From NCBI GenBank assembly GCA_044070495.1, contig JBIPSI010000001.1, positions 192,001 to 256,000 on the forward strand: a stretch of 64,000 bases of DNA, given 5' to 3'. Each line of letters begins with the position of its first letter. The stretch's first letter is position 1. The translations under genes were made by a program, and so were the position numbers. This DNA comes from Spirulina sp. (GTDB lineage: Bacteria > Cyanobacteriota > Cyanobacteriia > Phormidesmidales > Phormidesmidaceae). Shown here in pieces: positions 24,931 to 36,849 of the stretch. The notes beneath the pieces were generated by a model. It was not told the DNA's origin, made no database searches, and saw only the letters and a program-made list of their open reading frames with translations.

Positions 24931-26907
24931 ATGACGACGATTCTGGAACAGGGCAACATTACCATCCATACCGAGAATATTTTCCCGATTATTAAGAAGG
25001 CGCTCTACTCCGAGCACGAAATTTTTCTGCGGGAACTGGTTTCTAACGCCGTAGATGCCATTAAAAAACTCTCCATGGTGTCCCGTTCTGGAGAGTATAG
25101 TGGCGACATCAGCAACCCCGAAATTAGCATTACCCTAGATAAGGACAAGAAAACCCTCAGCGTCTCGGATACCGGGCTTGGCATGACCGCTGACGAGGTG
25201 AAGCAATACATCAACCAAGTCGCCTTTTCGAGTGCCGAAGAATTTATCACCAAGTATAAAGATAGTGCCGCCGAGGATCCAATCATTGGGCACTTTGGTC
25301 TGGGTTTCTACTCATCTTTTATGGTGGCCAGCACCGTTGAAATTGATACGCTGTCCTACAAAGATGGGGCTGAAGCGGTTCACTGGAGTTGTGACGGCAC
25401 CACCCAGTTCTCTCTCAGCCCATCGGAGCGTAACACCGTGGGCACCACCATCACCCTGCATTTGATGGAGGGCGAGGAGGAATATCTCGAATCTGCTCGA
25501 ATCCGGCAGCTCATTAAAACCTACTGCGACTTCATGCCTGTGCCCATCAAAATTGATGGCGAGGTTGTGAACAAACACGAAGCCCCCTGGAAAAAATCCC
25601 CCAGCAGCCTCACGGATGAGGACTATCTGGAATTCTATCGCTACCTCTATCCGTTTCAAGAAGATCCGCTGCTGTGGATTCACCTCAATACCGACTACCC
25701 CTTTGTGGTTAATGGGATTCTTTATTTTCCTAAACTCAAGCCCGATATCGACATCACCAAAAGCAGCATCAAACTCTACTGCAATCAGGTCTTTGTTACC
25801 GATAATTGCGAAGAAGTTGTCCCCCGCTTCCTGCTGCCCCTGCGCGGCGTGATTGACAGCACCGATATTCCCCTCAACGTCAGCCGCAGCTTTTTGCAAG
25901 GGGATCGCACCGTGCGCCGCATCGCCGACTACATCGCCAAAAAAGTGGGTGACAGCCTGAAAGCCCTGTATCGGGACGATCCGGCGAAATACATTTCGAG
26001 CTGGCAGGATCTGGGCAACTTCGTGAAGTTTGGTTCCCTCAACGACGACAAATTCAAGGAACAGGTCAAAGACATTCTCATTTTCCGCACCACCGCTAAA
26101 TTGGCGGATGCCGAGGAAGCGGCCAAGGTAGAAGTGCAAACCGAAGAGGGCGATGCCTGGGCCGAAGTGTCTGACCATAAACCTGCCACCGATGCCAACG
26201 GCAATTTCTACACCACCCTAAAGGACTACCTAGATCGCAACAAAGCCAAGCACGAAAATCGTGTTTTCTATGCCACCGACGAAGTCTCCCAGGCCACCTA
26301 TATCGATCTCTTTAGGGGGCAAGGGCTAGAGGTTTTGTTCATGGATTCCTTCATCGACACCCATTTTGTTCCTTCCCTAGAGAATGAGTTCTCGGAGGTT
26401 AAATTTGTCCGGGTCGATGCCGATCTCGATGACACCCTCCTCGACAAAGAAAAGCAAAGCGAAATCGTTGACCCGGCCACCAACAAAACCCGCGACGACG
26501 AAATTAAGGAGATGTTTGAAAAGGCGCTGGGCAAGCCCCGTGTCAACATCAAGCCCCAGGCTCTAAAAGGCGAAAATGCACCTCCGGCCATGGTGCTGCT
26601 ACCCGAAGAGGCTCGCCGAATGCAGGAAATTAGCGCCCTGATTCAGCAAAAGGCGATGGAATTCCCTGAAGACCATGTGCTGATGGTGAACACTGCTCAC
26701 CCGCTGATTCAAAACCTGCTCGGCCTCAGCCAGAGCACGATTTTGGCCGCCGATGGCAATGCTTCCCCCGCCGGAGCCTTGGCCGAAATGATCTGTAATC
26801 AGGTCTACGACACCGCCCTGATGGCCCAAAAAGGCTTCGATGCCGAGGGCATGAAAACCTTCGTGGATCGGTCAAACACCCTGCTCACCAAGCTCACCGA
26901 GCGCTAG
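24931..26907 (+). CDS. htpG: Molecular chaperone HtpG (Hsp90)
   Basis: EIFLRELVSNAVDA, IGHFGLGFYS, DIPLNVSRS. Confidence 0.98.
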   Translation: MTTILEQGNITIHTENIFPIIKKALYSEHEIFLRELVSNAVDAIKKLSMVSRSGEYSGDISNPEISITLDKDKKTLSVSDTGLGMTADEVKQYINQVAFSSAEEFITKYKDSAAEDPIIGHFGLGFYSSFMVASTVEIDTLSYKDGAEAVHWSCDGTTQFSLSPSERNTVGTTITLHLMEGEEEYLESARIRQLIKTYCDFMPVPIKIDGEVVNKHEAPWKKSPSSLTDEDYLEFYRYLYPFQEDPLLWIHLNTDYPFVVNGILYFPKLKPDIDITKSSIKLYCNQVFVTDNCEEVVPRFLLPLRGVIDSTDIPLNVSRSFLQGDRTVRRIADYIAKKVGDSLKALYRDDPAKYISSWQDLGNFVKFGSLNDDKFKEQVKDILIFRTTAKLADAEEAAKVEVQTEEGDAWAEVSDHKPATDANGNFYTTLKDYLDRNKAKHENRVFYATDEVSQATYIDLFRGQGLEVLFMDSFIDTHFVPSLENEFSEVKFVRVDADLDDTLLDKEKQSEIVDPATNKTRDDEIKEMFEKALGKPRVNIKPQALKGENAPPAMVLLPEEARRMQEISALIQQKAMEFPEDHVLMVNTAHPLIQNLLGLSQSTILAADGNASPAGALAEMICNQVYDTALMAQKGFDAEGMKTFVDRSNTLLTKLTER

Positions 26908-26952
26908 GGCCAGGATCACGTTTTCGGTGAATCTTGACGTTGGATGGTTATA

Positions 26953-26998
26953 AAACAAGCCCCCTGCCTAACGAAACTGTTAGGCAGGGGGCTTGTTT
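26953..26998. terminator. Bidirectional intrinsic terminator
   Basis: 20-bp perfect stem AAACAAGCCCCCTGCCTAAC / GTTAGGCAGGGGGCTTGTTT between convergent genes. Confidence 0.85.
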
Positions 26999-27113
26999 CA
27001 GTGATGTAGATTGGGCCTAGAGCCTCGTGTTGTTAGAAACCCGGTTTCTTCGCCGGTTGGCCTACAGGATTGAGTCTCTTCCAGGCTAGAAACCGGATTT
27101 CTGCATCGGTGTT

Positions 27114-28082
27114 CTAGAGCAGTTTGAGGTGGGGGTATTCGGCGATCATTTCGTCGGCACTGAGGGTTTCGCCGGATTGCTGGGGCGTCCACAGCACCTC
27201 CACCGCTAGCAGATCATCACTGCCAATGGCCCCAATTTGGCCCAGCGCCCGCCGCAGGTCTTCGGTGGAGTGAATATCGGGCAAATCCAGTTTGCCCTGG
27301 GCGGCGACGACGAGGGTAGCCAAGATATATTCCCCAGGGCTGGCAAGGTCGTCGGCCTCACCGGGCAGGGTCGCCTTGGGGGTGGCTTGGGTAAGCTGAC
27401 TGTTCACATTGGAAAGGGTTTCCTCGGTGAACTGGCTGCGAGTGGCTAGGGTATAGCGGTTGAACTCTTGCTCGGCACTCAGGAGACGGGTTTGCTTGTC
27501 TTCGCTGGCCCCGTAGACCCAGTAGTCGGGGTGGCGCAGCAGGGAGAGGGTGGTTTCCTGGAGTAGCTTGGCCAGTCCGGCACTGCTGCCCGTATCGGCA
27601 CTGAGGGCAAGGCGGTTGAGGTCGTCTTGTAGGGAGCGGGCATTGGCCAACAGACCCACTTGCAGCTTGGCCACCGACACCGGAGGATTGCTAGAGGCCG
27701 CCATGGGGATGCCGTCTTCCCCTTCCCCCGCCCGGCGGAAGCTGTTGATCACAAAGTTGGCAATGGCAAAGACCATCAGCAGGGTGAACAAGCCGCCAAA
27801 GCCGCCGCCAAAGCCAAACAGCGGGAACAGGAAGGGAAAGCCAAAGCCGCCACCGGGATAGTAACCGCCGCCTCCCACCGGGGCACGGGTGCTGGGGGCA
27901 GGGGCCATGCGCGGGGCCGGAGCCCGGAAACTGCCGCCGCCAATGCGACCGCCTGCCTTGGCCGCCCAAGCACCATCGGCATGGCCAAACACCAGCACTA
28001 GGGCCAACCCTAGGGCCAAGGCAGGTTTAAATAGGGGCTTCACCCATTGCAGCTTAAAGCGTTGAAAGAATCGTTGCAGCAT
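27114..28082 (-). CDS. DUF1517 family (FLAP1-like) membrane protein
   Basis: Signal peptide, GGRIGGGSF, Gly-rich TM, LQVGLL, VEVLWTPQ, EYPHL C-terminus. Confidence 0.88.
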   Translation of the reverse strand: MLQRFFQRFKLQWVKPLFKPALALGLALVLVFGHADGAWAAKAGGRIGGGSFRAPAPRMAPAPSTRAPVGGGGYYPGGGFGFPFLFPLFGFGGGFGGLFTLLMVFAIANFVINSFRRAGEGEDGIPMAASSNPPVSVAKLQVGLLANARSLQDDLNRLALSADTGSSAGLAKLLQETTLSLLRHPDYWVYGASEDKQTRLLSAEQEFNRYTLATRSQFTEETLSNVNSQLTQATPKATLPGEADDLASPGEYILATLVVAAQGKLDLPDIHSTEDLRRALGQIGAIGSDDLLAVEVLWTPQQSGETLSADEMIAEYPHLKLL

Positions 28083-28231
28083 GGCTTTTAATACCGGAAA
28101 AGACTAAACACCGGACGATATTAAGGTGTTGGTTAACGTATCTATACTTTACCGCGCCCGAATCGGACAACCCAGGCCCACGATCCCCGACCCCAGGCCG
28201 GAAAACCGTACTGGTTGGGGATGGGCTTCCC

Positions 28232-28468
28232 CTAACCGCCGCCTACAATGGTGACGATCTCTAGGCGGTCGTTGGGGCGGAGGTAGGTGGAGTCCCAAAG
28301 CTGGCGGTGCAGAATTTCACCGTTATATTCCACCGCCACCAGACGCGGATTTAGCCCTAGGGAGGCAAGAAAGGCGGGCAGCAGGGTGGCGGGCTGACAG
28401 GGCTTGGTTTCGCCATTTACCCGCACGAAGAAGTGATCCAGGGTGGGGTCGAGGGTGGGGTCAGTCAT
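28232..28468 (-). CDS. thiS: Sulfur carrier protein ThiS
   Basis: VNGE, VAVEYNGEI, LEIVTIVGGG C-terminus. Confidence 0.95.
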   Translation of the reverse strand: MTDPTLDPTLDHFFVRVNGETKPCQPATLLPAFLASLGLNPRLVAVEYNGEILHRQLWDSTYLRPNDRLEIVTIVGGG

Positions 28469-28737
28469 GGGTACGGTTGGACAGGGTCAGGGTCGGGGGT
28501 AGGAAATTCGGATTGGCTATGGGATTGGATGGGCCGATTTGGATAGATCGCTGTTGCCCTTTCCTATCCTAATGGGCTAGGTATCGCCATGGGGCGAGGG
28601 CAGAAGTCTGCCGCTGAGTTCCCAATGCTGGCACACTGGAGGCTGTACCTGGGGATGGCTTGGCCCACGGATTGCCCAGCTTTCGGAAATCCCCAGAACA
28701 GTCTGCGTTTGCCCTACGGAGTCCAGAACCCACCGCC

Positions 28738-29919
28738 ATGTACGCCCTGACCCACTGCACCCTCTACACAGGCACGCGCACCCTGCGGGATCATGCGTTG
28801 ATTATTGATGGGGCCACCATTGTTGACCTGGTGCCCACGGCACAACTGCCCTCGGATATGCCTCAACAATCGGGCCAGGGTGGGGCGGCGGCACCGGGGT
28901 TTATTGATTTGCAACTGAATGGCTGTGGCGGGGTGATGTTTAACGACGCCATCACCGCAGACACTCTGGACACCATGCACCGCACCAATCTGCGGAGCGG
29001 CACCACCAGCTTTCTACCCACCCTGATTACCACCTCCGACGAGGCCATGGAACAGGCTATCGCGCTTATGGATGGCTATCGGCGCGACCACCCCACCCAA
29101 GTCCTCGGTCTCCATTTAGAAGGCCCCTACCTCAACCCCAAGCGGCGGGGCATCCACGATGGTGCCTACGTGCGCCCCGCCGATGGGGCCATGATCGCCA
29201 AGCTGGCCCAGGCTGGCCCAGAACGGGTGCGGATTGTGACCCTGGCCCCGGAACAGGTGCCAGCGGATCAAATTCGACGCTTGGTGGAGGCCGGAATTCG
29301 GGTTTCGGCGGGCCATTCCGATGCCACCTTTGAGGCGGCGATGGCGGGGTTTGATGCAGGCGTGGGCATGGTCACCCATTTGTTTAATGCCATGTCACCC
29401 TGGCTAGGCCGGTCGCCCGGTTTGGTGGGGGCTGTGTTCAGCCGCCCAGAGGTCTACGCCGGAATCATCGTGGATGGCCACCATATCCACCTCGATTCGG
29501 TGCAGTTGGCCCATCGCCTCAAGGGGGATCATCTGCTGCTGGTCTCCGACGCCACGCCCCCGGTGGGCACCCCGGTGGGCACCGAGATGGACTCCTTCAT
29601 CATCGGTGGGCAGGAGGTCTTTTATCGGGACGGCAAATGTGTGTCGGCGGAGGGTACCCTAGGCGGTTCGGCCTTGACCCTGATGGAAGCGGTGCGACTC
29701 TGTGTGGAACAGGTGGGCCTGCCCCTGGCGGAGGCGTTACGGATGGCTAGCCTTTACCCGGCCCGTGCGATTGGCGTTGATCGAAATCTGGGCCAACTGG
29801 CTCCGGGCTATTGCGCCAATGTTACGGTGTTTGATCCCCAGAACTGGACGGTGCAGGGGGTGATTGAGCAGGGGCAATGGCGTTTAGTTAAACCTGTGCC
29901 CTGCGCCCCAATCCTCTAA
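28738..29919 (+). CDS. nagA: N-acetylglucosamine-6-phosphate deacetylase
   Basis: PGFIDLQLNG, HLEGPY, GHS, THLFNAM, DGHH; start MYALTH at 28738. Confidence 0.95.
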   Translation: MYALTHCTLYTGTRTLRDHALIIDGATIVDLVPTAQLPSDMPQQSGQGGAAAPGFIDLQLNGCGGVMFNDAITADTLDTMHRTNLRSGTTSFLPTLITTSDEAMEQAIALMDGYRRDHPTQVLGLHLEGPYLNPKRRGIHDGAYVRPADGAMIAKLAQAGPERVRIVTLAPEQVPADQIRRLVEAGIRVSAGHSDATFEAAMAGFDAGVGMVTHLFNAMSPWLGRSPGLVGAVFSRPEVYAGIIVDGHHIHLDSVQLAHRLKGDHLLLVSDATPPVGTPVGTEMDSFIIGGQEVFYRDGKCVSAEGTLGGSALTLMEAVRLCVEQVGLPLAEALRMASLYPARAIGVDRNLGQLAPGYCANVTVFDPQNWTVQGVIEQGQWRLVKPVPCAPIL

Positions 29920-30133
29920 AGAGGATTTCGGCTCTGAGCCTTGGACTTCGAGTTCTGGGTTCCTTGACTACCCCCACCAGGGAGTTCACTCCCTGGCTCA
30001 TAGCAACAGTCTGCTGAAATTGTTTCGGGAAATCAGGCTGAGCAGATCGCAAAGTCTCCGCAGCCCACCCTTTCCTGCGGAACGCTACGCGAACGGGAAG
30101 CAAGTTACACCCCCAGTTCCTCTCCCAGGAGGG

Positions 30134-30474
30134 CTACTGTGTACACATAAGTCCTTGACGTAGATGGCTCGCCAATATCGCCCCGATACTCACCTTCGGA
30201 TTCGCCCAAAATCGATCAATGCTTTGGCTCTCGCTGGCGCTCTGAGTGGCTTGGGGGACGCTGGCCGTCGGATGCTCTCCCAAGGCTGTGAGCACGTTTC
30301 GTAACCGCCGGACATGGCGTAAGTCCTGGAAATGGACGGGATTGATCTCTTAGCTGACCCAATCTTTCATGAGGTTCTCGCTCCAGCTAACCGTATCTTC
30401 CGCCTAGCCTCCTACACATTCCGCCCTAAATCACCAGACAGTAACCTTTCTACAGACTTTTGCGTAAAGGATAG
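30134..30474 (-). mobile_element. Internally deleted IS4-family IS50/Tn5-like element (341 bp) with transposase pseudogene at 30134-30370
   Basis: Imperfect TIRs CTACTGTGTACACATAAGT / CTATCCTTTACGCAAAAGT; minus strand reads MKDWVS*EINPVHFQDLRHVRRL...PTASVPQA...RFWANPKV...ILASH, resembling the Tn5 transposase DNA-binding N-terminus, fused to a terminal GLMCTQ*. Confidence 0.8.
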
Positions 30475-30540
30475 CCTTAATAAGGGGGGATGGGGGGATT
30501 TTCACGGTGTACCCCATTCAAGTGAAACCCGCTATGGATA

Positions 30541-31332
30541 GGTAATGATGCGTTGTAGTGGGGAATAAAATTCCACACCAGGCCAATGTGATTCCGTAGG
30601 CTCTTCGAGAAGGCTAAACTGCGTCTGACAAAGCGTGAAACTCGCTGTCTAAGCGTATAGTTAAACCGTGTTGCTTCGCAACGCTAACGCGAACAATGTA
30701 ACTCGTCTTGCCGCTCGACTGACTGACGACTCGGTGTCGCTTATGGGGGAGAACCTGCTAGTACGCCTCCCAGGCGTCGGAATAGATAACCGCACACTGC
30801 CGATAGACCTTGGGTAAGGACTCCCAGAGTCGTGGGGCACTTTGGGCAGAGGGTCACCCACATCAGCCCCGATCATCTCGCGAGTCTCGGCATCCAGCGC
30901 TAACCAAACCCATTGTTTGTTGCCCTTGTAATCCACAAACGACCAGCGTTCATCGCATTGCACCGTTAATGGCCTTTTTTTTGACCTGACCGTGGCGTGA
31001 GCCGGTGTTTGGGCGACGGTGTCTGGGCGACTTTGCCGGTGACATAGTCTTGCAGCCATTGCTCGGAAACCTGAGTGGCCCAAGCGATTCCAGCCATCGA
31101 GCTACGCTTTAGCAAGAGCCGGTCGATCAGTGCCCGTGTCGGGGTGTCGATCACCTTGTTAGTCGGGTTTTCGACGAACGGACGACCATAGCCACGGTAT
31201 AGGTAACGCGGCTTGTCCGTGTGAATGTGGCCATGTTTGACCGTTCGTTTAGAGGTGCAATCAGAGTAGGAAGGTATAGGCATAGGCATTGTTGCTAAGC
31301 AACACTATCATCCGAAAAAAACCATAATTACC
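30541..31332 (-). mobile_element. Degenerate IS1-family element (792 bp), insA/insB pseudogene
   Basis: TIRs GGTAATGATG / GGTAATTATG; InsA-like with eroded Zn-finger Cys, A-run slippery site, InsB-like QCDERWSFV...WVWLALD and RFNYTLRQRVSRFVRRSLAFSK; frameshifts. Confidence 0.9.
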
Positions 31333-31337
31333 TCTAG

Positions 31338-31523
31338 AGTTCTACCGGCGACTTTACCCAGGTTAACGTGACAGGAAAAGTACAGACGCCGTGGTTTGAT
31401 GATCGCGTGGGCATTAATCTAGCGTGGCGGTTTTTACTGAACCCACAAGGCCAGATTTTCTTTGTCGGCATTGACGTGCTGGCCTCTGCCCAAAAACTGT
31501 TGAATTTGGGTTTAGTCCGGTAA
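31338..31523 (+). pseudogene. ocp: 3' fragment of an orange carotenoid protein gene (end of the C-terminal NTF2-like domain)
   Basis: Translates GDFTQVNVTGKVQTPWFDDRVGINLAWRFLLNPQGQIFFVGIDVLASAQKLLNLGLVR*, matching the OCP C-terminus (VTGKVQTPWF...AWRFLLNP.GKIFFVAID.LAS); no upstream part, abuts the IS1 end. Confidence 0.9.
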
Positions 31524-31643
31524 AAGCATGGGTACCTGGCATCAGATAGCCTCAGCCAAAGTCTTACAGCAACTCGACAGGCATGTTGATCGCGGGCAAG
31601 TCAGAAGTCATCCCATATCCCGGTGGCTTACCCCCGATTCAAA

Positions 31644-32603
31644 TCACAGATGGGCTGGCGTCAACCCCAACCTGGCACCGATAGTAGCCACAACGGATTG
31701 GCTGAGGGCGTTGTAGTCGTAGCCGCCCTCTAGGCCAAAGAGGATGTTGTCGGTGACGCGCAGGGCAAAGTGGGTGAAGGTTGCGTAGTCCTGGGGGCTT
31801 AGGTTAATGCTGGCTAGGGGGTCGGCGGCGGTGGCGTCGTATCCGGCGCTAATTAGCAGCAGGTCGGGGTTGAAGGCCCGCAGGAAAGGAATCGCCTGCT
31901 GGTCGAATTTTTTGTGGTAGTCGGCGCTAGTGCTTCCGGGGGGCATGGGCAGATTGAGGACGTTGTGGTGGAGGCCCGTTTCGGTACTGCGTCCGGTGCC
32001 GGGGTAGGCGGGAAACTGGTGCAGCGAACAGTAGGCAATGGCGGGGTTGGCCTCTACGAGGTACTGAGTGCCGTTACCGTGGTGTACATCCCAATCCAAA
32101 ATGGCGACCCGCTGAATGCTCGGTTGTTGGAGGGCATAGTGGGCAGCAATGGCGGCGTTGGAAAAGATGCAAAAGCCCATGCCGCTGTCGCGGATCGCGT
32201 GGTGTCCGGGGGGGCGCACCAGGGCAAAGGCGGAATGCCCCGTTTGCAAGACGTAATCTACCCCGTCTAGCCACGCACTCACCGCTAGCCGCGCCGCCTC
32301 ATAGCTGGGGGGAGACACGGCGGTATCGCCATCCCAGTAGCCGCCACCATCTGCCGCAAACTGCCGAATTTTGGCCACATAGGCCGGGTCATGAACGGCG
32401 ACAATCTCTCGATCTACCTGGCGCTGATCGGCGGGGGTAGGTTCGCGCCAGTCGAGGTGATCGGCCCAGGGCGCAGCCTTCAGGGCGTTGACGATGGCCG
32501 TTAGGCGTCCGGCATTTTCGGGATGAATTTGCCCCGTGTCGTGGCTGAGGAAGACCGGGGAGTAGAAAATGGCGAAGTCGGCAAGGGAAAAGTCGTGGTG
32601 CAC
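31644..32603 (-). CDS. Histone deacetylase family (Zn-dependent) protein
   Basis: HPE..RL, RPPGHHA, GFC, DWDVHHGNGT, SAGYD, LEGGY; start uncertain. Confidence 0.93.
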   Translation of the reverse strand: MHHDFSLADFAIFYSPVFLSHDTGQIHPENAGRLTAIVNALKAAPWADHLDWREPTPADQRQVDREIVAVHDPAYVAKIRQFAADGGGYWDGDTAVSPPSYEAARLAVSAWLDGVDYVLQTGHSAFALVRPPGHHAIRDSGMGFCIFSNAAIAAHYALQQPSIQRVAILDWDVHHGNGTQYLVEANPAIAYCSLHQFPAYPGTGRSTETGLHHNVLNLPMPPGSTSADYHKKFDQQAIPFLRAFNPDLLLISAGYDATAADPLASINLSPQDYATFTHFALRVTDNILFGLEGGYDYNALSQSVVATIGARLGLTPAHL

Positions 32604-32634
32604 GGCGGAATGGGTGGGGCGGATGAACTGGGTG

Positions 32635-32730
32635 GCCCTCACCCCCAGCCCCTCTCCCAGGGAGGAGAGGGGGGCCGGACGTTATTCAAAGTCCCTCTCC
32701 CAAAGTGGGAGAGGGATTTAGGGTGAGGGC
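32635..32730. repeat. Dispersed palindromic repeat (CCCTCACCCC/CCCTCTCCC family)
   Basis: Terminal IR GCCCTCACCC...GGGTGAGGGC enclosing two CCCTCTCCC..GGAGAGGG hairpins; relatives at about 30108-30133 and 55174-55329. Confidence 0.8.
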
Positions 32731-32947
32731 AACTAGGCGCTTGAAAAAGGGAAAATCAGGGCCAAAAAGGGGCACCTCTCTTCCCTACGCTTACCATAGC
32801 CGGACAGTCCCTCAAGTGGGGGTTTTGTGCTAAAATGTAAAAGGCGTGAATGCCCAAAAATCAAGCCTTTTGAGCGCTATTCAGCACCACTCGGTGCGAG
32901 GGTCTGACTAGCGCTTTGTTGTTCGCAAATTCGGAGCTTTTTTGCCC

Positions 32948-35557
<2,610 letters not shown>

Positions 35558-35627
35558 CTCAAGTTCTTCAGGTCGGTTAAGCCCCTATCTTAAGGGGGAT
35601 GCCGGTGAAATCTGAGTATCAAACACG

Positions 35628-36038
35628 GTGAATAGTCCTGTGAAGCAGCAAGAGTGGCAGCGCTACACCAAACAAGCCCAACATACCTTGGCTTCGGCGC
35701 AGCGTGACCAGGCGGCGGGAGACTTCGACTGGGCCTGCTTCAAGGCCCACCAGGCGGCTGAACTCTACCTCAAGGGGTGGTTACGCAGCACCGACCGCTT
35801 TGTCACGGGACATTCTATTTTGCGACTTTTGGCTGAGTTGGAGGCCAGCGTGACCGTCCCCCAAGCCCTACAACGATGTGCGCGAGATCTGGATAAGGTG
35901 TATATCCCTGCCCGTTACCCGGATGCTTACACCGAAGGGGCACCGATGGATTTCTATGATGAAAACGACGCTATCAAAAGTATCCACTGTGCTGAAAGAA
36001 TTGCCGCTTTTTTGGAAGATTTGGTCAGAACATCATGA
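35628..36038 (+). CDS. HEPN domain protein
   Basis: WACFKAHQAAELYLKG, GHSI..LL, LDKVYIPARYPD. Confidence 0.9.
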   Translation: MNSPVKQQEWQRYTKQAQHTLASAQRDQAAGDFDWACFKAHQAAELYLKGWLRSTDRFVTGHSILRLLAELEASVTVPQALQRCARDLDKVYIPARYPDAYTEGAPMDFYDENDAIKSIHCAERIAAFLEDLVRTS

Positions 36039-36388
36039 TCGACAAAACCGCTCGATTACGATGGCGGGCACAGCGGATTCAGCAATACCTTAATCATTTG
36101 CCTCTCAGACATTATCGAGCCATTATCTTTGGCTCCGTAGCCAGGGGGGATTTCACCTTAGAAAGTGACACGGATTTGCTGATTATCAGCGATGAACTGC
36201 CCGAATCTCCCAAGGCCCGCCTGGATATCTTGTGCGATCCACGCCTAGCCACCCCCGAAATTGAACCCCTGGGCTGGCGCGAGACCGACTACCAACGACG
36301 GCGACAGAATGGTGATCCATTTCTTGTGGTTTTAGACCAAGAAGGTCTGCCATGGGAAATATTTGCCCAGCGTTATTTGTCGCCCTAG
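36035..36388 (+). CDS. Minimal nucleotidyltransferase (MNT)
   Basis: FGSVARGD...SDTDLL pol-beta motif; ATGA overlap with the HEPN gene. Confidence 0.9.
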   Translation: MIDKTARLRWRAQRIQQYLNHLPLRHYRAIIFGSVARGDFTLESDTDLLIISDELPESPKARLDILCDPRLATPEIEPLGWRETDYQRRRQNGDPFLVVLDQEGLPWEIFAQRYLSP

Positions 36389-36468
36389 AGCATCAGTTTA
36401 GTATTAGAGAAATCTGGCTTCTTCGTGATTAGAGAAACCCGGTTTCTTTGTCGCTGTGCCGTGGAGTG

Positions 36469-36729
36469 CTACTTGCCAGTGGCGGCAGTTTTGGGAGGAT
36501 TGGGTTTGCTGAACACAAACCACCAGAGTTCAAGGCCAATCAGCCCCAGGCCAGCGCTGGTAACGGCCAGCCTAGACCAAAGGGGTTGCTCGATGCGCTG
36601 AAACTGTCCGGTGGGGGCTGGGGAAGACTCCATCATGCTATGGCCTTCCTGAGCGGGGGCACCTGTGGTCAGGGTGAGGACGAGGGCCAAACTGGTCAAA
36701 CTGGTGAAGAGAAGATGTCTCAGCTTCAT
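36469..36729 (-). CDS. Small exported/membrane protein of the copper operon
   Basis: Signal peptide, HSMM, GQFQRIEQPLW..GLGLIGLELWWF TM; directly downstream of pacS. Confidence 0.75.
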   Translation of the reverse strand: MKLRHLLFTSLTSLALVLTLTTGAPAQEGHSMMESSPAPTGQFQRIEQPLWSRLAVTSAGLGLIGLELWWFVFSKPNPPKTAATGK

Positions 36730-36786
36730 GGGGATGTTCCTTGAAGAATGAGGTTGAGGCGGGGGAGATGGCCAATGCAACGTTGA

Positions 36787-36843
36787 AAATTCAAAATTCA
36801 AAATTCAAAGTTTTGCCTTTTGCCTTTTGAATTGAATTTTGCC
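36787..36843. repeat. Heptamer short tandem repeats (STRR-like)
   Basis: (AAATTCA)x3 followed by TTTTGCC/TTTTGAA units in partly inverted arrangement. Confidence 0.8.
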
Positions 36844-36849
36844 TTCCCC

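Noticed and set aside
28469..28737. Possible TPP riboswitch upstream of thiS
   Set aside because: I could not find the CTGAGA / CCTGAT...AAT...GCGnAGG core on the minus strand.
29977..29996. Palindrome CCAGGGAGTTCACTCCCTGG after nagA as an operator
   Set aside because: Lies downstream of a stop codon among repeat debris; more likely a REP-like hairpin, and a single copy here gives no further support.
30332..30541. 69-aa plus-strand ORF
   Set aside because: Spans the end of the IS50-like remnant and a palindromic repeat; not a credible gene.
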